Positions 10,297 through 19,941 of a stretch of 64,000 bases of DNA are shown here, piece by piece; positions within the stretch are counted from its first letter, which is position 1; the number at the start of each line of letters is the position of its first letter. Under the pieces are notes generated by a model. That model searched no databases and was not told where the DNA came from. It saw nothing but the letters and a program-made list of their open reading frames with translations. Location of the stretch: assembly GCA_963724765.1 (NCBI GenBank), contig CAVRVY010000003.1:320001-384000 (forward strand), given 5' to 3'. The DNA comes from an uncultured delta proteobacterium. GTDB lineage: Bacteria > Desulfobacterota > Binatia > Binatales > Binataceae. Both the position numbers and the translations under genes were made by a program.

Positions 10297-10842
10297 CTAC
10301 CGCGTGCCTCGTTTGACTCCACGATGAAACCACCGATGAACGCGGCCATCAGCCCCGCTATCTCTGTACTCGTCTTTGTGGCTATCGGGCACCATCGTGT
10401 CGGAAGACACGCGATCCGCTTCAATGGATGCACTAATGGCGTCTCTCTTGTGAGCAGTAGCCGTCTCCAATTCCGCCTGACAATCCACGCAATGGAGCGC
10501 TGTCGGCATCGCGCGCAGCCGCTCGAACGAGATCCTGTCTCCACATGCTTCACAAATGCCGTAACGGCCATGCTCTAAACGCTCGAAGGCGCTACAAATC
10601 GCGGCGAGCCGCCTTTCTGACATCTCGATGAAACTCACATGCAGGTCCATCTCCTCGTGCTGTCGGGCCTCGTCCAACTGATCGCCCGGAATCGGAGCCT
10701 TCTGCTCGATCTCGCTGAGCACAAGCTGCCTCAGTCTTCGAAGCTCCTGGTCACGCGATCTCTGCAACATGCTCTTCAATGTCCTGGTGTAATTTGGTGG
10801 AGGAACTTGAGTCTGCGTCGTGGGCAAATTTCTTCCTAACAT
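10297..10842 (-). CDS. TraR/DksA-family C4 zinc-finger protein
   Basis: DxxDxA motif (DQLDEA), coiled coil, YGICEACG...RLRAMP...CVDC; SD GGAAGAGGA. Confidence 0.9.
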   Translation of the reverse strand: MLGRNLPTTQTQVPPPNYTRTLKSMLQRSRDQELRRLRQLVLSEIEQKAPIPGDQLDEARQHEEMDLHVSFIEMSERRLAAICSAFERLEHGRYGICEACGDRISFERLRAMPTALHCVDCQAELETATAHKRDAISASIEADRVSSDTMVPDSHKDEYRDSGADGRVHRWFHRGVKRGTR

Positions 10843-10987
10843 GATCCTCTTCCTTCTGGCTTCGCGGCCACAAAAACGTGTTCAAATGGCTGACGCCTGA
10901 CCGCGCTGAACGGCCAGCCTCAGCCGGAGCCACGACGCCGCCAAACAAAATAGCGGTTCGCTTCAGCCGGGATTTGTTGGAAGAGAA

Positions 10988-11332
10988 CTAGTGGACGTCG
11001 TCGGGCCCAGGGGGCGGAATTCTACGGTGGACGAGCCCGCATTTATTGGGTAACGTCTTCATGATGACCCGCTCGAATCGCGGGCGTGCTAGCGGGATTT
11101 GGGAGGCCAAGCAGCTGAATTCGAGAGCAGCGGTCGCTCGAACGTCGGGGCTTCTGCTGCCCACTTCCTCCCGGATGTGTCGCGTGAGCTTCTGATATTT
11201 AATCGCTACCGACGGCTGCGGGCTGAAGGAGAGCGATTCCATAGGGCGGATGGTTCGTGCGAACGTGAAGACGCAAAACAAAATCGCGATTAGCGAGGAG
11301 TATCTTCCGAAATTGCTGTCACGCCCTAGCAT
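10988..11332 (-). CDS. Leader-type small protein 1 (N-terminal hydrophobic segment, C-terminal HRRIPPP)
   Basis: 114 aa; first ORF after a near-consensus promoter; hydrophobic SSLIAILFCVFTFA; ends HRRIPPPGPDDVH. Confidence 0.6.
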   Translation of the reverse strand: MLGRDSNFGRYSSLIAILFCVFTFARTIRPMESLSFSPQPSVAIKYQKLTRHIREEVGSRSPDVRATAALEFSCLASQIPLARPRFERVIMKTLPNKCGLVHRRIPPPGPDDVH

Positions 11333-11392
11333 TTTTCGGCCGCTCTACTGCCCATCGAATTTGAACCGCCTAACCTCACACAATCTCCGTGA

Positions 11393-11420
11393 AGTATAGC
11401 CGTCGGACCAATGGTGTCAA
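11393..11420 (-). promoter_or_regulatory. Sigma-70-type promoter TTGACA-N16-TATACT
   Basis: Reverse complement of tgtcaa (11415-11420) and agtata (11393-11398); ~60 nt upstream of leader ORF 1. Confidence 0.7.
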
Positions 11421-11755
11421 ACGAATACCATTCCGGGCGCAGGCCACCCCGCATCAGGTGTTTCAAAAGTATGTGCTGCAGCACAGACAAGCGGCCCTCC
11501 AGCCTCACCGCAAGGCGGGGTCCGAGGTTACTGATCATGGTCGCCCGCGTTCGTACCCAACCCAGTCGTCGCGCCTTGCGAAGGAGATACGACTGAGACG
11601 CCACCGGGCCTGCGGCACCTCGCAGTCCCCCCTGCTTGAGCGGCCTTCACGGCTCCCTTAACGCAGCTACGCACAAGCGTTGTGCGGCCGTCAAGAGAGA
11701 ACATTGACTGGCCCCCTGATCGCAGTTTGACTCCTTTCGAGACGGGAAGGCTCTA

Positions 11756-12565
11756 TCACTTCTTCCAGAACGGATCGTTCGTCGCGTCAGGCAGATGTTT
11801 GGGATCGAACAACGGCGCGGGCGCTTGCTTGTCGTATTTCACGCTCGTCACATCGATCTCACTACTGCCGCCCGACTGCACATCGTCCATAACGATCTTC
11901 ATGATGGTGGGTATCTTGTCAATTGTTGTGATCTTTTCGAAGTGCTCGGACTTGAATAGCTTGCCATCGACGTCGTCCAAATCGCGCTCGAGCGGCAGAT
12001 CCGTATCGACGGCGACCCAAGTAACAACTTTTGAGTAGTAAGGATTATTAGCCAGGTCCTCTTCCAGCTTATAGGCCTTCACGCCGTCGTGAACCTCGAT
12101 CCCGTCCAGTTTCTCATGGCCGCCGAAGCGGATGAAGCTCAAATCTTCGTATGTGAAGTCGGTTCCGAAGAAGGGTTCGTAGCCGGCGACTGGCGTGATC
12201 TCGCGCACGCGGCGAACTGCCGGCAGATATGAGTATTCGGCAACCTTTATGCCAGGCCGCTGCTTGGCCAGAAAAGCGATGCCCCTGGCGTCCGCCGGCT
12301 TGAGCACCACGGTCAGCATCCAATCGGCGTCGTTCACGTGCGCGCGCGCCTGCCCAAGCGTCCATTGAGTGGCGAAACCACCATTGCTGTTGACCTTCAA
12401 TGTCATCATGCGCACGCTGGGACGCACGGGCTCCAGCGTCTGCTTCATGCGATTTACAATTGAAGCTGCGTCCGGCGCTGCCGCCAGTGCGTGAGCCCTA
12501 GTTGAGAATGCGAAAACAACAAGCAGAAGAATTGCTGCCGCGACGGCTACAACGCGTCCCAACAT
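11756..12565 (-). CDS. LolA-like outer-membrane lipoprotein-sorting protein
   Basis: Signal peptide; DARGIAFL, YLPAVRRVREI and FFGTDFTYEDL motifs; SD AAGGAGG. Confidence 0.85.
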   Translation of the reverse strand: MLGRVVAVAAAILLLVVFAFSTRAHALAAAPDAASIVNRMKQTLEPVRPSVRMMTLKVNSNGGFATQWTLGQARAHVNDADWMLTVVLKPADARGIAFLAKQRPGIKVAEYSYLPAVRRVREITPVAGYEPFFGTDFTYEDLSFIRFGGHEKLDGIEVHDGVKAYKLEEDLANNPYYSKVVTWVAVDTDLPLERDLDDVDGKLFKSEHFEKITTIDKIPTIMKIVMDDVQSGGSSEIDVTSVKYDKQAPAPLFDPKHLPDATNDPFWKK

Positions 12566-13057
12566 ACTTGCCTCCTTGCGTGAACATTTAATAGGACTTT
12601 AATCTAACGATTGCATCGCCGCTAAGTGTTGCTCAGCCTCCCTCTGGACTTGAGACGATCCGAACCTGTAGGTCATTCAATAGCAGCAGCGAGGTTTATG
12701 GACCAATAGCGGAGAGGTTTATTGGCAGCCTCATGCTGCCTCTGGTCGATTCGCCATTCACACGCTTATAAGTTCGAACCTTGGCAAATCCGAGCATTTC
12801 AAGATCCATCTTACGGCGGGACATAGCACTAAAGTTAGCGGCGGAAGGCATTCGGCCATCGACTCTTCGATTCGTTCCATCAATGAACGTTTCTGCCATC
12901 GTCGGAGGTCTATCTGGTCAGGGCCTCCATGTCTTTGAAGCCGAGCTGGCGGCACGCGCAAGTACCCCAGAAGACACGGTTTTTGTTCCTCACATAACCT
13001 TCCATTTGCCTTGATCGCTGCATAGAGCATAGGGTTGTTGTTCCTCAAGGTGCAATT

Positions 13058-13921
13058 TTGAATGAGACTAGAAATCTGCCAGACAGTGACCTCGACAAGC
13101 TGACCCGCCTCAAGGCTCTGTCGTGGCTTTCCGCTGCTGAGCTCGGATTGCTGGCCGGAGCGCTGACACTCGCCAACTTCAATCGGTCCCAAATAATCCT
13201 CCACGAAGCGGCGCTCGCATCTGAAGCGCACATCCTATTAAAAGGTATCGCACGCATCACGTGCCAGAACGCCCGCGGCGAACGGGTGACCATCGCCCTG
13301 CTTCCACCGGGTCCGCTGCCCGAGTTTCCTGCGCTGCCATTTAACCGGTTCGATTTTCGGTGCGAGGCTTACGATGATTGCAGAGTCGGCAGCGTGAGCT
13401 GGAGCGATTTCGAACGTATCGCTGCGCATCGCTCCGAATCGGTCTTCAAGATTTTTCATGCGAACGATTTGCAACAGTGCTACCGGCTGCTGCTGCGCAG
13501 CTCCAGTCTTCTCAACCTCGATCTTCACGAACGAATCGCGATTACGCTGCTCGAACTGGCTTCCGACTTCGGAATCAAAGAGTCGCGCGGCGCGCTGCTG
13601 CGAGCATCGTTCAGCCATCAGGACATTGCCGATCTCGTCGGCGCTTCGCGGCCCAGAGTCACCGAACACCTGGCGCAATTGGAGCGTGAGCACTTGGTCA
13701 TTCGTCAAGGCCGGCACCTGATTGTGCGCGTGGATGAAATCGGAAATGCAGTCACGGTCCCGGCGTCGAACGGACTTGGCGCACAACCACACCCACTCGG
13801 GAAAGAAAAACCGCTCTTCGCAGCGTCAAACAGGACCGGTTGGTCGGGCGCCAAACCCACGCGTCGAGTTGGGCACGGGCATGATAGGTCTGCCGCGGCC
13901 CTCATGGGCGCCCGTAGCTGA
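13058..13921 (+). CDS. Crp/Fnr-family transcriptional regulator
   Basis: cNMP-binding-like N-terminal domain and HTH (SHQDIADLVGASRPRVTEHL); TTG start. Confidence 0.88.
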   Translation: MNETRNLPDSDLDKLTRLKALSWLSAAELGLLAGALTLANFNRSQIILHEAALASEAHILLKGIARITCQNARGERVTIALLPPGPLPEFPALPFNRFDFRCEAYDDCRVGSVSWSDFERIAAHRSESVFKIFHANDLQQCYRLLLRSSSLLNLDLHERIAITLLELASDFGIKESRGALLRASFSHQDIADLVGASRPRVTEHLAQLEREHLVIRQGRHLIVRVDEIGNAVTVPASNGLGAQPHPLGKEKPLFAASNRTGWSGAKPTRRVGHGHDRSAAALMGARS

Positions 13922-14029
13922 CCTGTCCCTCGAAGCGTATTACTTGAATTGGTCGGGCCGTGACGCGTCGCAATTTGGCATGGTGCCACGCTGCGAAGGA
14001 CTCGCTTTAGGTCGATGCCAGCGGCCTGA

Positions 14030-14530
14030 TTGCTCAAAAGGTCCGCCAAACTTGCGACCTTCTGCGCGGTCCCGGCAACTATCGCGACGCAGTACCAGGT
14101 TTTGAGCAGCGACAGCAGTCAAAGAACGCCGAATTCTACATCCACGCCGGTGCACGTGACGGAAAAGTCGTTCGCGGCGATTGAAGCCGCCGTCGGCGGG
14201 GCATGCCGACGGTTTGGCGACGCCGCCACTTCAGGCGGCACGATTTACCAGCAGCCTTCGACCGGACCGCAGGGACCGCTTTTGCCTGGGCCTGGATTCA
14301 GCTTCAACGACTACTTTGAGAGCCATGCGATCATGGGAACGCCGCAATTCTGCGTCGACAAAATCGTGGACTGGTGGCAGCGCCTTCATTTCATCCATCT
14401 GACCTGCATGTTCAATTTTGGTCTGCCGCATACATTGGTGATGGAGAATATGGAGCTTTTCGCGCGCAGCGTAATGCCGAGCATACGCGACCTGGACGCG
14501 CGACCCGCTGGCACGCGGGCGTTGTCCTGA
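14030..14530 (+). pseudogene. C-terminal fragment of an LLM-class flavin-dependent oxidoreductase
   Basis: AIMGTPQFCVDKI...MENMELFARSVMP is a typical LLM C-terminus; the N-terminal half is absent. Confidence 0.7.
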
Positions 14531-14554
14531 TTCTTTAGCAGGAAGGGATTCAGA

Positions 14555-14950
14555 ATGGCTATCAAGAAAGAAATTTTCAACATGGGTATGCCGTGGGAAT
14601 CGGGTTATGGCTACTCACAGGCAGTCAAGGTTAACGACACAATCTATGTCTCCGGGCAGGTCGACCACGACGAGACGGGGAAAATCCTCAACCCCGGCGA
14701 TATGGAAGGACAGATGCGGCAGGCCTATGCAAACGTTAAGCGGGTTCTCGCCCACTTCGGCGCGACGATGGACAATGTCGTGGATGAGATCTTGTTTGTC
14801 GTTGACATGGAGTCCGCGATGAAGGCACGCGGCCGCCTGAAAGGTGAGGTTTTCGGACAAAGCATACTGCCCGCGGCGACTATAGTTCAGATCCAGCGCC
14901 TGGCACTGACTGGTTTCATGGTTGAGATTCGTATTATAGCTAGAGTCTAA
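14555..14950 (+). CDS. RidA/YjgF family protein
   Basis: GYSQAVKVNDTIYVSGQV, PAATIVQI and VEIRIIA motifs. Confidence 0.9.
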   Translation: MAIKKEIFNMGMPWESGYGYSQAVKVNDTIYVSGQVDHDETGKILNPGDMEGQMRQAYANVKRVLAHFGATMDNVVDEILFVVDMESAMKARGRLKGEVFGQSILPAATIVQIQRLALTGFMVEIRIIARV

Positions 14951-15055
14951 ATAATTTGTATCCTCTATTTACCTGGACTGGCTGGAAGACGAACCACTAG
15001 AAGATCATCTGCCCACAAACGTTAGCGGCGTCGCTTGAGGTGCGGAGCACGAGCC

Positions 15056-15490
15056 ATGGCGGAAAAAGCAACCGGTGGAACAGGCGGCTGCCTGTGCGGA
15101 GCGGTTCGGTACCGATACGAAGGCGAGCCGACGGCAGTCGGGCTGTGCCAGTGTGAACGCTGCCAACGGCAGTCAGGATCTGCATTCCTGATCGGTGTGG
15201 TTTTCCCAAGAGAGGCAGTGACAATTGAGGGAAAGCTGGCTAGCTATGAAACCGATGCTGTGAGTGGCCAGCGGCTGCGGCGGCACTTTTGTCCGGTCTG
15301 CGGATCGGCAGTGTCGATCACCCTTGACAGATATCCTGAGATTCGCTCGATGATGGGCGGGACGCTGGACGACAGGGACAAGATCAACCCCACCTTCAGT
15401 ATCTGGTGCTCCAGCGGACAACGATGGCTCAAACTACCGGAGAGCATTGCCTGCTATGCGGAATATCCAGAGAGAACGTTTGGCGGTTAA
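15056..15490 (+). CDS. GFA-family (glutathione-dependent formaldehyde-activating-like) zinc protein
   Basis: GGCLCGAVRY, CQCERCQR and FCPVCGS zinc motifs. Confidence 0.9.
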   Translation: MAEKATGGTGGCLCGAVRYRYEGEPTAVGLCQCERCQRQSGSAFLIGVVFPREAVTIEGKLASYETDAVSGQRLRRHFCPVCGSAVSITLDRYPEIRSMMGGTLDDRDKINPTFSIWCSSGQRWLKLPESIACYAEYPERTFGG

Positions 15491-15621
15491 CGAAGGCGCC
15501 GCCGGCTTGTGCGCGTGACGCGCGTCGAACAATCGTACCATCGCGACAACAGCGGCAGATTTGCAAAACCGGATCAAATAAACGAACATACGAGCCTCCA
15601 TAAAAGGAGAGGTTATTGCTG

Positions 15622-15864
15622 ATGGCGAAGCCAGTGTTGAGGGGTAATAGGAGCGTCGACCGCTCTACGATTACGGCGCTTGCACGATATGCGGGCCTGA
15701 ACCTTCCGGAAGATCGAGTGGTCGCCCAATTGGAGTTCCTCAAATCTCAGGTTGATTTCCTGAACGAGGTCGATCGTGAGCTGAAGCTGGGTTTCCAGCT
15801 GGACGACGTCTATCATGTGGTGCCGCCAGCTTATGTATTTCACAATCCGCCGCCGAAAGGCTGA
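15622..15864 (+). CDS. Small amidase-associated subunit (GatC/AtzG-like)
   Basis: Strong SD AAGGAGAGG; LARYAGLNLPEDRV motif; directly upstream of the amidase. Confidence 0.65.
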   Translation: MAKPVLRGNRSVDRSTITALARYAGLNLPEDRVVAQLEFLKSQVDFLNEVDRELKLGFQLDDVYHVVPPAYVFHNPPPKG

Positions 15865-15911
15865 TCACATCCAATTACCCTTAATCTGAAACCCACAAGG
15901 GAGAAATCGCC

Positions 15912-17327
15912 ATGGCAGGGCGCGATCTGCACTGGCTGACAATCACCGAAGCATCGAAGCTTCTGCAAGCGCGCGAGGTAAGCGCCACAGAGGTCCTCGA
16001 GGATACGCTCGAGTGGGTTAAGAGGACCGACCCGGTCACGCGCAACTTCGCCTACCTGGCGGAGAAGGAAGCTCGGGAAGAGGCCAAGCGCGCAGACGAA
16101 GAGATCGGGCGCGGCAATTACCGCGGCCCGCTTCACGGCATACCTTACACAGTCAAAGCCCTCATCAGCGTGGCGGGCGCCCCGATGGCGTGGAACTCCA
16201 AGCTGTACGCAGATTGGTCACCCAAGAAGGACGCTGAGGTGGTGCGACGAATGCGTAATGCCGGCGGCGTCCTGCTGGGCAAGGTACATACGCACGAGTT
16301 TGCCTGGGGCGTCACCACGCCGCCAACCCGCAACCCCTGGGATGGCCGCTCTGTCAGCGGTGGCTCCAGCGGGGGCTCGGGTTCGTCGATTGCGGCGGGA
16401 CAGGGAATGGCCTCGTGGGGCACCGACTGTGGATGCTCGGTTCGGAATCCCTCTGCGCTGAACGGCTGCGCTGGAATGCGCGTGACGCAGGGCCGGGTGT
16501 CGGCAAGCGGCGTGGTGCCGCTCTCACTAACCATGGATACGGTCGGGCCCCTGGCGCGTACTGTGCGCGACCTGGGACTGATGCTGAACGGGGTCGCCGG
16601 TTATGACTCCAATGATCACTTCAGCGTCGATGCGCCGACGATGGATTTCACGGCCAAGCTCGGCAGAGACCTCAAGGGAATGAAGCTCGGCGTCCCCAGG
16701 GAGTATTTCTTCGATCACATGGAGCCCGCGGTTAAGCGGCTGGTAGAAGACGGAATCGGCCAGTTGGAGAAACTCGGGATGGAGATGCGGGAGGTCAAGT
16801 TCCCGCACGTCAAATACACTGCAGGGACCTTCATCGGTATCGTGGTGGCCGAGTCGGCCGCCAACCATGACGAATGGCTCAACGAGCGCGCCGCCGAGCT
16901 CGGAATCGACGTCCGGAATTTTACCGAAATGGGCAATCTGTTGCTGGCCAAGGACTACATTCGCAGCAACCAGATCCGTACTCTGATTCGTCAGGATTTT
17001 CTCGACGCCTTCCGCGACGTCGACGTAATCGTTACCCCAACCGTGGCAGCGACCGCCAAGCCGCCCAAGGACCATCCGATCTTCATCAACGTCCAGTACC
17101 CCGACGGCTTTAGCGAAGACGTGATATGGGCGTACTGCAGGTTCACGATGCCGATGAGTCTGGCGAGCACACCATGTTGCATCGTGCCGTGCGGGTTCAG
17201 CGATGACGGGATGCCGACCGCATTGCAGATTGCCGCGAAACCGTACGAAGAGGCGACCGCCCTCCAGGTAGGCTTCGCTTACGAGCAAGCGACTGATTGG
17301 CACACGAAGCGCCCTCCGATTGGATAG
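15912..17327 (+). CDS. Amidase-signature family amidase (GatA/AtzE-like)
   Basis: GPLHGIPYTVK, TRNPWD, GGSSGGS, GTDCGCSVRNP. Confidence 0.93.
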   Translation: MAGRDLHWLTITEASKLLQAREVSATEVLEDTLEWVKRTDPVTRNFAYLAEKEAREEAKRADEEIGRGNYRGPLHGIPYTVKALISVAGAPMAWNSKLYADWSPKKDAEVVRRMRNAGGVLLGKVHTHEFAWGVTTPPTRNPWDGRSVSGGSSGGSGSSIAAGQGMASWGTDCGCSVRNPSALNGCAGMRVTQGRVSASGVVPLSLTMDTVGPLARTVRDLGLMLNGVAGYDSNDHFSVDAPTMDFTAKLGRDLKGMKLGVPREYFFDHMEPAVKRLVEDGIGQLEKLGMEMREVKFPHVKYTAGTFIGIVVAESAANHDEWLNERAAELGIDVRNFTEMGNLLLAKDYIRSNQIRTLIRQDFLDAFRDVDVIVTPTVAATAKPPKDHPIFINVQYPDGFSEDVIWAYCRFTMPMSLASTPCCIVPCGFSDDGMPTALQIAAKPYEEATALQVGFAYEQATDWHTKRPPIG

Positions 17328-17405
17328 TAGAAGACGCCAGCGAGCGCTACGTTACCAGGTGACAATGTCGATCATTTCTGATGGAGCCGAGCTTAGGCAT
17401 CTAAA

Positions 17406-18131
17406 ATGAAATTTCTGATCTTTCAGCATGCGCGAGTGGAACATCCCGCGATCTTTCGTGAATTCTTTGCGGCCGATGGGATTGAATGGCATGCGATCGA
17501 GCTCGATGAAGGTGAAGCTATCCCAAGTCTGGATGGCTTCGATGCGCTCATGGCATTTGGCGGCCCGATGGATGTCTGGCAAGAGCGCGCGCATCCGTGG
17601 CTCGTCGCTGAAAAGGCCGCTATCCGATCATGGGTGTGCGAACGACGAAAGCCATTTCTCGGCATCTGTCTTGGACATCAACTACTGGCGGACGCCCTTG
17701 GTGGAACAGTCCGAAAGATGGACATGCCGGAAATCGGCGTTTGTGAAGTCACCCTCAACTCGGCTGGTGCCTCTTCCCCACTTTTCCGCGACTTGCCACC
17801 GGTCCTCCCGGTGCTCCAATGGCACGGAGCCGCGGTGCAACGAGTGCCCGACGGCGGCGTGGTCCTAGCGAGCAATGCTCACTGCGCGATCCAATCTTTC
17901 TCGTTCGCTGACATCGCTTACGGCGTGCAGTATCATATGGAGCCAACGGAGTGCACGGTCCAGGAGTGGAGCCAGATTCCCGAATATCGTGAATCGCTCG
18001 AACAGATAGCCGGCAAAGATGGCCCATCGCGTTTGGAACAGCAAACGATCGAACGCATTGACGACTTTCGGAATTATTCGAAGATCATACACCGCAATTT
18101 CCTGAGAATTGTCGAAACCGGCGCTCCATAA
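17406..18131 (+). CDS. Type 1 glutamine amidotransferase-like hydrolase
   Basis: FGGPMDVW, GICLGHQ (catalytic Cys), QYHME (His-x-Glu). Confidence 0.9.
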   Translation: MKFLIFQHARVEHPAIFREFFAADGIEWHAIELDEGEAIPSLDGFDALMAFGGPMDVWQERAHPWLVAEKAAIRSWVCERRKPFLGICLGHQLLADALGGTVRKMDMPEIGVCEVTLNSAGASSPLFRDLPPVLPVLQWHGAAVQRVPDGGVVLASNAHCAIQSFSFADIAYGVQYHMEPTECTVQEWSQIPEYRESLEQIAGKDGPSRLEQQTIERIDDFRNYSKIIHRNFLRIVETGAP

Positions 18132-18170
18132 GTTAAGCCGGCCGACTTCAGGGCGCGCGAAAACGCTGCA

Positions 18171-19046
18171 ATGCCTCACCCCAGTCAGACTTCGGCTCGA
18201 ACTGCCACCCTTCTGATGAAATGTCCCGACCGCAAGGGTCTGGTGCGCGGTATTGCCGACTTCATCTCAGGTAACGGCGGCAACATTCTTCACGCCGATC
18301 ATCACATCGATTTCGAAACACACTACTTCTTCTCTCGGGTCGAATGGGAAATCGATGAGTTTACGATCCCGGAAAAGGAAATAGCAGCGTCGTTCAGGCC
18401 ACTCGCCGAGGCCTACGCTATGGAATGGCAACTGCGCTTCTCCGACGAGCATCCGGCGATCGCAATTTTCGTTTCGACCCTCGACCATTGTCTTGTCGAT
18501 CTTCTGCATCGCTGGTCCATCGGCGAATTCCCGGGCAGTGTCGTCGCTGTAGTCAGCAATCATCTCGATCTTAAGGAGACGGCGGAGCACCAGGCGATCC
18601 CGTATCATCACTTTCCGATCACTGTGCAGAACAAGCGCGCTCAGGAAGCGAAGCAACTTGAGCTTCTCTCGTCGTTGGGCGTCGACCTTGTAATCTTCGC
18701 TCGCTATATGCAGGTCGTCAGCGACGAATTTATCGCCCGCTATCCCAACCGCATCATTAATATTCACCACTCTTTTCTGCCGGCGTTCATCGGTTCCAGC
18801 CCATATGCTCGCGCCTACGAGCGCGGGGTCAAGCTCATCGGCGCGACCGCCCACTACGTGACCCCGGTGCTTGATGCGGGACCGATCATCGAACAGGACG
18901 TCGTACGGGTGACGCACCGCGATACACTGGAAGATTTGATCAGGAAGGGTCGTGACCTCGAAAGGCTCGTGCTGGCGCGGGCAGTCCGGCTCGACCTGAA
19001 CAGACGGGTCCTTACTTATGCCAACAAGACAGTCGTCTTCGACTGA
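18171..19046 (+). CDS. purU: Formyltetrahydrofolate deformylase
   Basis: N-terminal ACT domain (CPDRKGLV), ARYMQV, INIHHSFLPAF, GVKLIGATAHYV. Confidence 0.95.
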   Translation: MPHPSQTSARTATLLMKCPDRKGLVRGIADFISGNGGNILHADHHIDFETHYFFSRVEWEIDEFTIPEKEIAASFRPLAEAYAMEWQLRFSDEHPAIAIFVSTLDHCLVDLLHRWSIGEFPGSVVAVVSNHLDLKETAEHQAIPYHHFPITVQNKRAQEAKQLELLSSLGVDLVIFARYMQVVSDEFIARYPNRIINIHHSFLPAFIGSSPYARAYERGVKLIGATAHYVTPVLDAGPIIEQDVVRVTHRDTLEDLIRKGRDLERLVLARAVRLDLNRRVLTYANKTVVFD

Positions 19047-19941
19047 GCCCGGCCAATCATCCTCGGCCGTTTACGAGGGGCCACTGGGACAAATCCTGGA
19101 CGGTCAGGCGATCGCGCGCGACGTCCACGGCCAGGTGCGGCGTGGAGTCGAGCGCCTGGTGAGCGAGCACAGGGTACGGCCCGGCCTGGCGGCAATCGTG
19201 GTCGGCGACGATCCTGCTTCCAGGCTCTACGTCGAAACTAAGCGACGTGCTTGCGAGCGCGTGGGCATCACCTCATCCGTTCATCACTTGCCCGCTCGCA
19301 TCACCGAAGACCAGTTGGTTCATCTGATCTATCGTCTCAACCTTGATCCCGAAATACATGGCATACTGGTTCAACTTCCACTTCCTGATACAGCTCTGGA
19401 GAAGCCCGCCCTAGCCGAACTCGCTCCTGACAAGGACGTGGACGGCCTGAGCCCCATCAGTCAGGCGCGATTGCTCGCCGGCGAACCGGGGCTGCGCCCG
19501 TGCACGCCACTAGGGGTGATGGAGCTGATCGATCGGACCGGCATCGACCTCATTGGAAAGCGCGTGGTTATCGTCGGCCTGAGCGTGCTGGTGGGCAAGC
19601 CGCTGGTCCATCTGCTCCTGGAACGCAGCGCGACGCTCGTGTTGTGCCACGAGTTCACTCGTGACCTCGCCTCGGAAGTCGCGGGCGCCGAAGTGCTGGT
19701 GTCGGCAGTGGGCAAAGCGGGACTGATTCGCGGCGAGTGGATTCGACCTGGGGCAGTTGTGGTGGACGTGGGAATCACACGCACGCCGAATGGAGTCCTG
19801 GGCGACGTTGAGTTCGAGGCCGCCCGACGGCGCGCGAGCTTCATCACCCCCGTTCCTGGCGGCGTCGGCCCTATGACCGTCGCCATGCTTCTGCGTAATA
19901 CATTACTCGCAGCTCAGCAGATCTGCATGCAAGTAAGATAG
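19018..19941 (+). CDS. folD: Methylene-THF dehydrogenase/cyclohydrolase
   Basis: HGILVQLPLP, KDVDGL, PCTPLG, TPVPGGVGPMT; exact start uncertain. Confidence 0.93.
   Translation: MPTRQSSSTEPGQSSSAVYEGPLGQILDGQAIARDVHGQVRRGVERLVSEHRVRPGLAAIVVGDDPASRLYVETKRRACERVGITSSVHHLPARITEDQLVHLIYRLNLDPEIHGILVQLPLPDTALEKPALAELAPDKDVDGLSPISQARLLAGEPGLRPCTPLGVMELIDRTGIDLIGKRVVIVGLSVLVGKPLVHLLLERSATLVLCHEFTRDLASEVAGAEVLVSAVGKAGLIRGEWIRPGAVVVDVGITRTPNGVLGDVEFEAARRRASFITPVPGGVGPMTVAMLLRNTLLAAQQICMQVR

Noticed and set aside
11600-11660. Minus-strand GAGCCGTG...GGGGGG resembling group II intron domain V/VI
   Set aside because: Cannot form the ~34-nt domain V hairpin; no reverse transcriptase remnant nearby.
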